This document shows, in pieces, positions 1-9,359 of a DNA stretch of 57,695 bases. Source of the DNA: an uncultured Oscillospiraceae bacterium. Lineage in GTDB: Bacteria; Bacillota; Clostridia; Oscillospirales; Ruminococcaceae. The notes below the pieces were generated by a model, which saw nothing but the letters and a program-made list of their open reading frames with translations, was not told the DNA's origin and made no database searches. A program made the position numbers and the translations under genes. The number at the start of each line of letters is the position of its first letter. The stretch's first letter is position 1. The stretch spans positions 1 to 57,695 of the forward strand of contig CAZLMO010000001.1 of assembly GCA_964560915.1 (NCBI GenBank). Direction: 5' to 3'.

Positions 1-9
1 CTTCTACAT
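1..9. repeat. terminal direct repeat CTTCTACAT (copy 1)
   Basis: First 9 nt are identical to the last 9 nt (57687-57695). This fits a circularly closed assembly or a genome-end/cos junction. Confidence 0.8.
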
Positions 10-121
10 CGCGAGGGTCCTTATATTTGCCCCGGGGGCATTTTTTGGCCTATTGTTTCATTTTTCAGCCGGAATAACTATAGTTAAAGTTTCCACAACT
101 TATAGCAAAGGAGGCAAATCT

Positions 122-463
122 ATGGCTAAATACTCTCGGCCGGAGCCGCAAGCGCGTCGAAAGGCTCCACCTGCTACTACTCCAGAAGGTCGAGAGAATC
201 AATTGATTTCTTTGGCGTATGATCTAGTAGAGAAGCGAATGTTGGCAGGCACTGCTAGCGCTCAAGAGACAACCCATTTTTTAAAACTTGGTTCTCTTAC
301 CACAAAAATAGAACGCAGAATTCTTGAGAAACAAGAAGAACTCATTACTGCAAAAACCGATTCCATTCGATCTGCAAAATCGGTTGACGAGCTTTATACA
401 AAGGCCATAAGCGCAATGCGAATTTATCGCGGAGAGCAAGAAGTCGATGATCGGGACTTTTAG
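122..463 (+). CDS. putative terminase small subunit
   Basis: ATG at 122 lies 7 nt after AAAGGAGG; the ORF-track start at 53 has no RBS. Small basic helical protein directly upstream of the HNH nuclease and large terminase. Position-based call. Confidence 0.45.
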   Translation: MAKYSRPEPQARRKAPPATTPEGRENQLISLAYDLVEKRMLAGTASAQETTHFLKLGSLTTKIERRILEKQEELITAKTDSIRSAKSVDELYTKAISAMRIYRGEQEVDDRDF

Positions 464-866
464 AACATATTCAGAACTTATAACGCTCCCAACCTTCGAA
501 GAACGATTTAACTATCTATCGCTTCGAGGATCGATCGGTGTTGCAACCTTTGGGTTTGATAGATATCTAAATCAACATTTTTATAATTCAGGACCATGGC
601 GCTCTATACGTGAGAAAATTATTGTGCGAGATAACGCGTGGGACCTTGCCGTTCCTGGCCGAGACATATACGATGCTATTCGTATTCATCATTTAAATCC
701 AATAACAATCGAAGCAGTTTGTATCGGCGACCCTGCGCTTATTGATCCTGAATTCTTAATATGCACATCAATAAACACACATAATATTATTCACTTTGGA
801 GATTCTACGCAATTACGGCGTTATTTGCCAACTGAAAGAAGAAAGGGGGATACGAAACTATGGTAA
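447..866 (+). CDS. HNH homing-type endonuclease (terminase-associated)
   Basis: IRIHHLNPI ... NTHNIIH matches the H-N-H layout. It overlaps the terS-like gene and sits beside the terminase, as in cos-type HNH phages. Confidence 0.7.
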   Translation: MIGTFRTYSELITLPTFEERFNYLSLRGSIGVATFGFDRYLNQHFYNSGPWRSIREKIIVRDNAWDLAVPGRDIYDAIRIHHLNPITIEAVCIGDPALIDPEFLICTSINTHNIIHFGDSTQLRRYLPTERRKGDTKLW

Positions 867-1231
867 GTATTCTCGATTCGATTAAGGCATTTCATGGTAT
901 TAATAGTGACGATACTGCTTTTGACGTTGAGCTCATCATGTATATTAATGGCGCATTAATGATCATGTCGAGTCTTGGTGTTGGTCCCATCGGCGGATTT
1001 TCAATTAGTTCAAAAGATGATACTTGGACCGACTTTCTTGGTGAACGAAAAGATTTAGATCTCGTTCGTACTGATGTATATCTCAGAGTTAAGCTTGTGT
1101 TCGATCCTCCAGCAAATGCATTCTTAGTTGCGGCTATCGAAAAACAAATTCAAGAATATGATTGGCGAATTGAAGAGGCGCATATTATTCGCCCGGTAAC
1201 ACCCGTCCCAATTTTGGAACCGGAGGAGTAA
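860..1231 (+). CDS. hypothetical protein, possibly head-tail connector (gp6-like)
   Basis: 123 aa. The N-terminal pattern LDSIKAFHGINSDDTAFDVELIMYINGAL resembles gp6-type adaptor N-termini. Start overlaps the HNH stop. Placement between HNH and TerL is unusual. Confidence 0.3.
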   Translation: MVSILDSIKAFHGINSDDTAFDVELIMYINGALMIMSSLGVGPIGGFSISSKDDTWTDFLGERKDLDLVRTDVYLRVKLVFDPPANAFLVAAIEKQIQEYDWRIEEAHIIRPVTPVPILEPEE

Positions 1232-1233
1232 CT

Positions 1234-2979
1234 ATGAAATTATCAAACACGGCCACTCCACGGTATTATGGAGAATTCCGGGATGCCGTGTTAAGAGGCG
1301 AAATACCAGTCTGTACCGAAATCTCTCTTCAAATGAATCGAATTGATGAACGAATCCGAAATCCTCGGTTTTATTACGACGAGGACGCAATCGAAGGATT
1401 TATTATTTTTTGTGAACAAGAATTAACCTTGACCGACGGCTCTGATCTACATCTTTTGGATTCCTTTAAACTTTGGGCCGAGGATGTTTTTGGATGGTAT
1501 TACTTTACCGATCGTTCTGTTTTCATTCCGGGAAAAAACGGAGATCTTGGACATTACGAAACAAGAAAGATTAAGAAACGTTTAACAAGTAAACAATATT
1601 TAATTGTTGCTCGTGGTGCCGCCAAATCTATGTATGGTAGTTGTATTCAAAACTATACTCTGAACATAGATACATCCACCACGCATCAAGTTACTACTGC
1701 ACCTACCATGAAACAGGCCGACGAAGTAATGTCTCCAATTCGAACGGCCATAACGCGTGCGCGAGGGCCACTATATCAGTTTCTAACAGAGGGGTCGATT
1801 CAAAACACCACTGGTTCTAGGGCAAAACGAGTGAAGCTCTCGGCAACTAAAAAGGGTATTGAAAACTTTCTAACAGGGTCCTTGTTAGAAGTTCGACCAA
1901 TGACAATAGATAAGCTACAAGGATTGCGTCCCAAGGTCTCTACCGTTGACGAATGGCTTTCTGGCGACATTAGAGAAGATGTCGTCGGCGCAATTGAACA
2001 GGGCGCATCCAAAATGGATGACTACCTGATCGTTGCGATGAGCTCCGAAGGAACCGTTCGAAACAGTTCTGGCGATACAATCAAAATGGAATTGCTCGAC
2101 ATACTTCGAGGCGAGTATCCAGCCGAGCATGTCTCTATCTGGTATTATAGACTCGACAGTGTTGATGAAGTTGGTAACCCAGACATGTGGCTAAAAGCCA
2201 ATCCGAATCTTGGTAAGACCGTATCATATGAAACCTACCAGCTTGATGTAGAACGTGCTGAAAAAGCGCCATCCACTCGAAACGATATTCTTGCAAAACG
2301 CTTTGGAATACCAATGGAAGGATACACCTATTTCTTTACCTATGAGGAAACAGAACTACATAGACGACAATCTTTTTGGAAATGCACGTGTGCGCTTGGT
2401 ATCGATCTTTCTCAAGGGGACGACTTCTGTGCTTTTACTTTCCTTTTTCCTGTAGGCCGAGGATTATTTGGAGTCAAGACCCGCTGTTATATTTCTAGTC
2501 TTACCTTATTAAAGTTGCCTGGTGCCCTACGTATAAAGTATGACGACTTTATGAATGAAGGGTCGCTAATGGTACTCGATGGCGCAGTTCTTGACATGAT
2601 GACCGTTTATGATGATTTGGATAAGTATATTGCTGTCCAAAACTACGATGTTCGCTGTGTAGGGTTTGATCCTTATAATGCAGAGGAGTTTATTAAACGT
2701 TGGCAGCAAGAAAATGGGGCAAATGCCATTGAAAAGGTCATTCAGGGTGCAAAAACGGAATCAGTACCTCTAGGCGAGTTGAAGAAAATCTCCGAAGAAC
2801 GCCAATTAATATTTGATCAAGAGTTGTTCCGTTTCACAATGGGTAACTGTGTTACCATCGAAGACACTAATGGCAATCGAAAACTTCTTAAAAAACATCG
2901 TGAAGAAAAGATTGATGCGGTGTCTGGACTTCTTAATGCTTATATTGCCTATAAATTAAACAAAAACGAATTTGAGTAG
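1234..2979 (+). CDS. terL: terminase large subunit
   Basis: 581 aa. Walker A-like VARGAAKS and Walker B-like TVDEW. Nuclease-domain acidic motifs GIDLSQGDD, VGFDPYNAEEF and KIDAVSGLLNA, as in Terminase_1-type TerL. Confidence 0.9.
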   Translation: MKLSNTATPRYYGEFRDAVLRGEIPVCTEISLQMNRIDERIRNPRFYYDEDAIEGFIIFCEQELTLTDGSDLHLLDSFKLWAEDVFGWYYFTDRSVFIPGKNGDLGHYETRKIKKRLTSKQYLIVARGAAKSMYGSCIQNYTLNIDTSTTHQVTTAPTMKQADEVMSPIRTAITRARGPLYQFLTEGSIQNTTGSRAKRVKLSATKKGIENFLTGSLLEVRPMTIDKLQGLRPKVSTVDEWLSGDIREDVVGAIEQGASKMDDYLIVAMSSEGTVRNSSGDTIKMELLDILRGEYPAEHVSIWYYRLDSVDEVGNPDMWLKANPNLGKTVSYETYQLDVERAEKAPSTRNDILAKRFGIPMEGYTYFFTYEETELHRRQSFWKCTCALGIDLSQGDDFCAFTFLFPVGRGLFGVKTRCYISSLTLLKLPGALRIKYDDFMNEGSLMVLDGAVLDMMTVYDDLDKYIAVQNYDVRCVGFDPYNAEEFIKRWQQENGANAIEKVIQGAKTESVPLGELKKISEERQLIFDQELFRFTMGNCVTIEDTNGNRKLLKKHREEKIDAVSGLLNAYIAYKLNKNEFE

Positions 2980-3006
2980 ACCAACTTAGTAAAAGGAGGA
3001 GTTGCT

Positions 3007-3648
3007 GTGCCTAACAAATTAATATCAACTGCAACTTTCAACAGAGATCAAGGAAGTAATCCAGTATATCCTAAAAAGGGGGTGGGCTATAATATGTCTG
3101 ACGATAATGTCACTTTTACAAAAAAACAAATAGAGGTAATTCTGCTTCTTATGGGAGACCTGCTTCAAAACGGCGAAGATGATTCGGAAACGGATAGTTT
3201 ACAACAGTCTGCAATCGGCCCATATCTTGATTTGCTTTCTGATGAGGAACTAAAGCACTTTGGTGTCATGGGTATGAAGTGGGGCGTATGGCGGACAAAT
3301 AGACGGAATAATAAGCAACAATACGCTGTAGAAAAACTGGAAGAGCGACAAGGGTATGGTCGTCTCACAGGGGCGAGAGGCAAAAAGAAAGTTCGTGCCC
3401 TAAGTCGACGCAATGCACGATATTCAGCGGACACGACAAAAAGAGTTCGTAAACTTACTCGTTATTTACACCGCGATGCAAATGGTGGATATAAAATACT
3501 AAAACCTTTTTTTAAATTTAAATCTAACCCTGTAAAGGTAGCGGCCGTCAAAGAAGCACTGGCAAAGTTGGAAGTTCACAAAGCTTCATACAAATCCCTT
3601 GGGGACAGACTCAACTCTTTAAAGTTGGACGTTCTTTTAGAAGGATAA
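3007..3648 (+). CDS. head-module protein with HFGxxGMKWG motif (paralog 1)
   Basis: GTG start 7 nt after AGGAGG. Motif KHFGVMGMKWGVWR at nt 3253-3294. Basic C-terminal half. Confidence 0.6.
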   Translation: MPNKLISTATFNRDQGSNPVYPKKGVGYNMSDDNVTFTKKQIEVILLLMGDLLQNGEDDSETDSLQQSAIGPYLDLLSDEELKHFGVMGMKWGVWRTNRRNNKQQYAVEKLEERQGYGRLTGARGKKKVRALSRRNARYSADTTKRVRKLTRYLHRDANGGYKILKPFFKFKSNPVKVAAVKEALAKLEVHKASYKSLGDRLNSLKLDVLLEG

Positions 3649-3696
3649 TATTTCCTGTAAGTTTATATTCAACCCTCATGAAAGGAGGTATCGCCA

Positions 3697-4389
3697 ATGG
3701 CAAATAGAGTTGTTAAACGATCAGAACTTCTACACTATGATTATGATTATGATTATGATATGAATGTCGCTAAATCAGTGCAATATCCTATAATCCAAAC
3801 CGAAGTCGATAAATCTAAGTCTATTTCTGAATTAAGCGACGAAGGATTACAAAAATTAATATATCGACTTCGAAATGAGCGAGAGGCGGAAGATAGTATT
3901 CGTTCTTTGCGTCGATCCGCGGGTGAAAAGGATAGTTATGAAAATCCAGCCAAAATTGATACAATTACACCCGTTAATCAACTGTATCATTTTGGTGTTT
4001 TAGGCATGAAATGGGGGGTTCGTAGATTTCAAAAAAAAGATGGAACACGAACCGCGGCTGGGAAAAAACGGGATCGTGCGGCCGAAGCTGTAAAATCTGA
4101 CGACCATATCAAAAGTCGTGAAAACAAGGAAAAAACACCAGAAGCCCTTTCTAACGAAGAGCTTCGAAAATTAAATGAACGACTCCAACTTGAGGCCACA
4201 TATAAAAGCCTAACTACAGATAAGACTGTGAAAAGTCAGTCATTTGTTAGAAAAGCACTTACAGATGCTGGCGGAAAGGCACTAACAGAATTTAGTCAAG
4301 GACTTATGCTAGGTGGAGCTAAGTTGTTAGTTAGAGAGCTTTCGCCGATGCTTGCAGAAACCGCGTTTAATATGAAAGAAAAGAAATAA
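3697..4389 (+). CDS. head-module protein with HFGxxGMKWG motif (paralog 2)
   Basis: RBS GAAAGGAGG. Motif YHFGVLGMKWGVRRFQKKDGTRTAAG begins at nt 3985. (YD)4 run near the N-terminus. Confidence 0.65.
   Translation: MANRVVKRSELLHYDYDYDYDMNVAKSVQYPIIQTEVDKSKSISELSDEGLQKLIYRLRNEREAEDSIRSLRRSAGEKDSYENPAKIDTITPVNQLYHFGVLGMKWGVRRFQKKDGTRTAAGKKRDRAAEAVKSDDHIKSRENKEKTPEALSNEELRKLNERLQLEATYKSLTTDKTVKSQSFVRKALTDAGGKALTEFSQGLMLGGAKLLVRELSPMLAETAFNMKEKK
3736..3759 (+). repeat. hexanucleotide tandem repeat (TATGAT)x4
   Basis: Four perfect tandem copies encode YDYDYDYD within CDS 3697-4389. Confidence 0.9.
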
Positions 4390-4404
4390 AAGGGAGGGTT
4401 TAGT

Positions 4405-5400
4405 ATGAACGGGTTAGCCCCAACAGAACTTAAGACTTTTAATGGTTTGTCTCAATTTTATGACCCTAGTATTAAATTGGGTGATAAAATACAAGAAGTT
4501 ATTACCGCGCTTAACAATTTGACACCAGCACCGATAGTTGATCCAATAGAGGAAGGCACTCCTATTAATGCCATTGCAGCAAAAGGAACCTTAACGCTTA
4601 CCGGCGTTGTTGTTCATGGTGAAACTGTTGAAATTGGTGAGGATGTTTATCAATTTTCCGCAGACGATCTACAAACAATAACTCGTCCAGAATTTATCCC
4701 AGTCAATATTACACCGCACGTTGTAGAGGCAACGGGGGAACTTACAATGGCCGTCCAACCCGTTGCCGGAGATACGCTTACTCTCGCAACGAAAGTCTTT
4801 ACGTTTGTTCCAGTTGGAACAGACACAGCAGATGGAGAAGTTTCTATCGGTGAGGATCTTGCCGGAGCACAAGCCGCCCTTGTTGCGGCAATTAATGGAA
4901 CAGACGGAGTCAATGATCCTCATACATTAGTTTCTGCTGGTGCGTTTGTTGCTAATGTTTTAACGCTTTCTGCCCTTATCGGAGGTATTGCTGGTAACGA
5001 CATTGACACCACCGAAACATTTACCGCTGAAACAAATGTTTTTGCTGCGGCTAAACTTGCAGGCGGTGGGGATTGCACGGCACCAAACGCCATTCTTGCC
5101 CTTGTTGCAGCTATTACAGCGTTTGACACACAAGGTGTTGGAGCAGTTGATGGCGCAGACGATACCATAGTTTTAACTGCAGATATTGCCGGAGTAGCAG
5201 GAAATGCTATTACGATTGCGACCGATATGATCAATGCTTCATTTGGTCAAGGCGTCACTACGTTAAGTGGCGGGACTAATGGCACGGTTGCTATTGGTAA
5301 AAAGTTTATGGTGGACGCTACTTATTTGTATATTTGTCTAAATGGTAACGCTGCTACCGGAACAAATTGGCGTCGCGTATCTCTTGGAGCCGCCTTTTAA
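4405..5400 (+). CDS. Ala/Gly/Thr-rich virion-module protein with internal repeats
   Basis: RBS AAGGGAGG. Recurring segments GETVEIGEDVY / GDTLTLATKVF and IGGIAGNDIDT / IAGVAGNAITI. Embedded between the HFG-motif paralogs. Function unknown. Confidence 0.55.
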   Translation: MNGLAPTELKTFNGLSQFYDPSIKLGDKIQEVITALNNLTPAPIVDPIEEGTPINAIAAKGTLTLTGVVVHGETVEIGEDVYQFSADDLQTITRPEFIPVNITPHVVEATGELTMAVQPVAGDTLTLATKVFTFVPVGTDTADGEVSIGEDLAGAQAALVAAINGTDGVNDPHTLVSAGAFVANVLTLSALIGGIAGNDIDTTETFTAETNVFAAAKLAGGGDCTAPNAILALVAAITAFDTQGVGAVDGADDTIVLTADIAGVAGNAITIATDMINASFGQGVTTLSGGTNGTVAIGKKFMVDATYLYICLNGNAATGTNWRRVSLGAAF

Positions 5401-5434
5401 CGCTATCCAAAATCTCAAATAAGGAGGGCGTGAT

Positions 5435-5914
5435 ATGAATCAAACGGTCCTTCAACATTTTGGAATTTTAGGGCAGCAATGGGGCATTCGAAGATTTCAA
5501 AATCCCGATGGCTCTTTGACGCCTAGGGGCCAGGCTCGTCTTGATAGGAAGGACAACAAGTGGGCCGCAACAAAGGGCGAAAAAATTAAACAGCGAGTTC
5601 AAAAAAGCGTATCAAAAGATATGAATGAGTTTATTCGTACTCAACTTGAAATATCCTATACTTCCAAAGGCAAACTTTCGTCAAGTACCATTCTTCAATA
5701 CAACAATAAGCTTGCGCAACTTATGAATTCACAAATTTCTGATATTTCAGCACCTTCGGGAAGAGTTTTACGATTTGTTGCTAAGCGGGGACAAATTGGA
5801 GTTCATACTGCGGTTGCGGATGCTGGATATGATATGAAACAACTTAGTCGCGGAGTCTTTAAAACTGGTAAAGTGGCGTATAAGACGGAAAATCTTATGA
5901 AAGGTGGTGATTAA
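5435..5914 (+). CDS. head-module protein with HFGxxGxxWG motif (paralog 3)
   Basis: RBS AAGGAGGG. Motif at the extreme N-terminus: QHFGILGQQWGIRRFQNPDGSLTPRG (nt 5453-5530). Confidence 0.65.
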   Translation: MNQTVLQHFGILGQQWGIRRFQNPDGSLTPRGQARLDRKDNKWAATKGEKIKQRVQKSVSKDMNEFIRTQLEISYTSKGKLSSSTILQYNNKLAQLMNSQISDISAPSGRVLRFVAKRGQIGVHTAVADAGYDMKQLSRGVFKTGKVAYKTENLMKGGD

Positions 5915-5916
5915 TA

Positions 5917-7158
5917 TTGGATTCTGTTGGACAAAGACTTGCTCGTGTGTGGAATGTTTTTCGCGCTCGCGACGAAACAGGTTCTGATTTTTACGTTCAC
6001 CAAACCACCGGCCAGTTTAATTCTTCACAAAACCCCACACGAATTAGATCTTCTTCTCGAAACGAAAAATCAATTCTAACTACAATTACCAATCGAATCG
6101 CGGTAGATGTAGCAAGCTTTAACATTGAGCACGTAAGGGTCGATGAACATGGTCAATATCTTGAGACCATCAACAGTACATTAAACCACTGTTTACGAAT
6201 CGAAGCCAATAAAGACCAAACAGGTCGCGTTTTAATTCAAGATATTGTTATGAGTATGTTTGATGAAGGATCCGTTGCTGTTGTTCCTGTTGAAACCAGC
6301 ATTGACCCAACATTAAGTGGCTCTTATAATATTCTTTCATTGCGAACTGGAAAAATTATAGACTGGTATCCCGACTTTGTTCGAGTAGAAGTTTATAATG
6401 ATCGAACCGGGCAAAAAGAACGAATACTAATGCCAAAAAATATTGTTGCCATTATCGAAAACCCTCTTTATGCGGTTATGAATGAACCGAACTCAACCTT
6501 AAAGCGACTTATTCGGAAACTTAATCTTTTAGATACGGTAGATGAAGCGGCAAGTTCTGGAAAACTTGATTTGATTATTCAACTTCCATATACAATTAAG
6601 TCCGAAGCTCGACAAATTCAAGCAGAAGAACGCATAAAAGCTATGGAAAATCAACTTAAGGGTAGTAAGTATGGCGTTGCTTATGCCGATGCTACCGAAC
6701 GCATAACGCAGTTAAATCGTCCTCTTGAAAATAATCTTCTTACGCAGATTCAATATTTAACGCTTCAATTTTATAACCAACTCGGTTTTACAGAAGATGT
6801 TTTCAATGGTAAAGCAACAGAGCAAAGCTTACGCAGCTACTATGATCGAACAATCGAACCAATCGTGACGACCATTGTTGAGGAGTTACTCCGAAAGTTC
6901 TTGACAAAAACAGCAAGAGCCCAAGGACAACGAATCATGGGCTTTCGTGATGTGTTTAGATTAATACCGGCCGATGAAATTGCGAACATCGCGGATGTAT
7001 TTAGTCGTAACGAAATATTAACCCCCAATGAACTACGTCAAATTGTTGGACGTAAACCTTCAGACGCGCCGCATGCGAATCAACTTCAAAATAGAAACAT
7101 GCCCAATGGTCAACCTTTAAATAATAATACAGGAGGAAACAGTAATGGCAAAGAGTAG
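5917..7158 (+). CDS. putative portal protein
   Basis: TTG start after GGTGGTGA. 413 aa, immediately upstream of and overlapping the protease-capsid gene. Call rests on size and position; family not verified. Confidence 0.5.
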   Translation: MDSVGQRLARVWNVFRARDETGSDFYVHQTTGQFNSSQNPTRIRSSSRNEKSILTTITNRIAVDVASFNIEHVRVDEHGQYLETINSTLNHCLRIEANKDQTGRVLIQDIVMSMFDEGSVAVVPVETSIDPTLSGSYNILSLRTGKIIDWYPDFVRVEVYNDRTGQKERILMPKNIVAIIENPLYAVMNEPNSTLKRLIRKLNLLDTVDEAASSGKLDLIIQLPYTIKSEARQIQAEERIKAMENQLKGSKYGVAYADATERITQLNRPLENNLLTQIQYLTLQFYNQLGFTEDVFNGKATEQSLRSYYDRTIEPIVTTIVEELLRKFLTKTARAQGQRIMGFRDVFRLIPADEIANIADVFSRNEILTPNELRQIVGRKPSDAPHANQLQNRNMPNGQPLNNNTGGNSNGKE

Positions 7159-8995
7159 TAAAAAAAAATATGACTTTAGCGGATACGCCACCAAAGTTGG
7201 GCTGAAATGCTCGGATGGTCGCACCATTCTTCAAGATGCTTTTGAGTCTGTCAATGGAAAAACCGTTCCATTGGTCTATCAGCATATGCATAATGATCCA
7301 AAGAATATCCTCGGACATGCGGTTTTGGAAAATCGTAAAGATGGGGTATATGCATACTGTTCGCTTAATGATACCGAGTCGGGCAAGACAGTGAAAACGC
7401 TTGTTCAGCATGGGGACGTTACGGCGCTTAGTATATATGCCAATTCCTTAGTGGAAAAAAACAAAAATGTTATTCATGGGGTTATTCGTGAAGTTTCTAT
7501 TGTGATTGCTGGCGCTAACCCAGAAGCATATATTGACAATCTTGCTTTTGAACATGGCGATGGTAGTATCACTACCGATGAAACAGAAGCAATCATTTGC
7601 GCGGGAGTACTGGCTCACGATGCGTTTGATGTTGAAGAAGAGGAGGAAGAAAAAGAAGAAGCGATTGTTCATAAGGAATCGGATTCCGAAACAGTTGGGG
7701 ATGTGTTTGAGACCCTCTCCGAAAAACAAAAAAACGTAGTATATGCTATGATCGCAACGGCCCTTGAGAATGTTGAAGAAGACGATGAAGACGAAGAGCC
7801 CGTTAAGCATTCTATTAATGAAAAAGGAGATAACACAATGAAGAAAAATATTTTTGATAAGACCGCCGCTGGTGGTGCTAGAGAACAAACCGCCCTAACT
7901 CGTACCGAACTTCGCGCAATCTTCGAGGACGCTCGGTCTTCTCAGTCGACTCTTAAGAATGCGTTTCTTGCCCATGGCTATGCAACCATTGCCGACGCTT
8001 TAGTTGTTTATGAAGATCGCGAAAATGTTTTAATGCATGCCGGTACCTATGGGATTGAGAACATTGACTATTTGTTCCCAGATGCCCGCACTACCACCAA
8101 CACACCGGATTTTATTAAGCGCAACACCGAGTGGGTAGCGAAAGTCTTTGGCGCCGCCAAACACGTTCCCTTTAGCCGTATTAAGTCTATTGCCGCCGAC
8201 ATCACTGCGGACGAAGCTCGCGCACGAGGCTATATTAAGGGTAACGAGAAAACAAATGAGGTCTTTACGTTATTGAAACGTACTACGGATCCAACCACCG
8301 TATACAAGAAACAAAAACTTGATCGCGATGATGTTATTGACATTACCGATTTCGACGTTGTTATTTGGCTGCGTGCGGAAATGCGTATGATGCTTGAAGA
8401 GGAAATTGCTCGTGCACAAATTGTTGGCGACGGTCGCGACTCTGCTTCGGATGACAAAATCAAAGAAGATAAGATTCGCCCAATTGCTACCGATGCTGCC
8501 TTGTATACTATTCCGATCACCATTATTGAAGCCGCAACCGTTTCTCAGACAATTGATGAGATTATCAAAGGTCGTAAGAGCTACAAAGGTAGCGGCACCC
8601 CAACCTTCTTCACTACTCCGGATATGGCCGGCGATATGCTTCTTCTAAAAGATACTACTGGTCGTCGTCTTTACAATACCGAGTCCGATTTAGCTGCTGC
8701 TCTTCGCGCTCGTGAGATCGTTGAAGTTCCTGTTATGGAAAACCAAGTTGTTGTAATCACTCCGGCCGAAGTTGGTGTTGCGGGTAGTCAAAAACGCTTA
8801 ATTGGAGTTTCTGTTAACATGAGTGATTACTCTCTCGGCGCCGATAAGGGTGGCAATATTGCAATGTTTGATGACTTTGACATCGACTTCAATCAATACA
8901 AATATTTGATCGAAACTCGTTGTTCTGGCGCATTAACCATGCCGCACTCTGCCATTGCGTATTGGAAACTCGAAACGATTCCTGCGCTTACTTAA
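7145..8995 (+). CDS. prohead protease - acidic linker - major capsid protein fusion (HK97-like)
   Basis: RBS AGGAGGAAA. The N-terminal ~150 aa resemble HK97-family prohead proteases (SGYATKVG...VPLVYQHMH...REVSIV). Two acidic linkers follow (EEEEEEKEE, EEDDEDEE). The C-terminal ~370 aa have an HK97-fold capsid-like pattern (ARARGYIKG...KKQKLDRDDVIDITDFDVV...IVGDGR). Confidence 0.7.
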   Translation: MAKSSKKKYDFSGYATKVGLKCSDGRTILQDAFESVNGKTVPLVYQHMHNDPKNILGHAVLENRKDGVYAYCSLNDTESGKTVKTLVQHGDVTALSIYANSLVEKNKNVIHGVIREVSIVIAGANPEAYIDNLAFEHGDGSITTDETEAIICAGVLAHDAFDVEEEEEEKEEAIVHKESDSETVGDVFETLSEKQKNVVYAMIATALENVEEDDEDEEPVKHSINEKGDNTMKKNIFDKTAAGGAREQTALTRTELRAIFEDARSSQSTLKNAFLAHGYATIADALVVYEDRENVLMHAGTYGIENIDYLFPDARTTTNTPDFIKRNTEWVAKVFGAAKHVPFSRIKSIAADITADEARARGYIKGNEKTNEVFTLLKRTTDPTTVYKKQKLDRDDVIDITDFDVVIWLRAEMRMMLEEEIARAQIVGDGRDSASDDKIKEDKIRPIATDAALYTIPITIIEAATVSQTIDEIIKGRKSYKGSGTPTFFTTPDMAGDMLLLKDTTGRRLYNTESDLAAALRAREIVEVPVMENQVVVITPAEVGVAGSQKRLIGVSVNMSDYSLGADKGGNIAMFDDFDIDFNQYKYLIETRCSGALTMPHSAIAYWKLETIPALT

Positions 8996-9037
8996 CTAAT
9001 AAGCGCATACTTCAAAATGGAAAGAAGGTAGTCTATT

Positions 9038-9358
9038 ATGGCTAAATTTAATGGCGAAATAGGCTACGCCATCCAAGAAGAAACTGCCCCTGGTGTATGG
9101 ATCGATCAGATAACCAAAAAGAATTATCGAGGAGATGTTATTTCGTATTCTCAGAGATGGGAAAAAAGCGAGAACGTCAATGATAATTTCACGATCGATA
9201 ATTCTATCTCGATTATTGCCGACGAATATGCATATGCGAACAGTGGGCGCATCAAGTATATTATATGGCAGGGGCAGAAATGGAGTATTAAATCCCTCTC
9301 AGTTAATAGACCTCGAATTGTTTTACAGATCGGAGGGGTTTATAACGGCGAAGAGTAG
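9038..9358 (+). CDS. putative head-tail joining / head closure protein
   Basis: 106 aa after the capsid gene. The C-terminal pattern GRIKYIIWQGQKWSIKSLSVNRPRIVLQIGG resembles head-tail joining proteins of the SPP1 gp16 / HK97 type. Confidence 0.4.
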   Translation: MAKFNGEIGYAIQEETAPGVWIDQITKKNYRGDVISYSQRWEKSENVNDNFTIDNSISIIADEYAYANSGRIKYIIWQGQKWSIKSLSVNRPRIVLQIGGVYNGEE

Positions 9359-9359
9359 A

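Noticed and set aside
9135-9357. Using the track start (ATG 9135), or the ATGs at 9180, 9228 or 9234, for the ORF ending at 9668.
   Set aside because: This would overlap gene 9038-9358 by 125-224 nt. The N-terminal extension it adds is basic and low-complexity and has no RBS.
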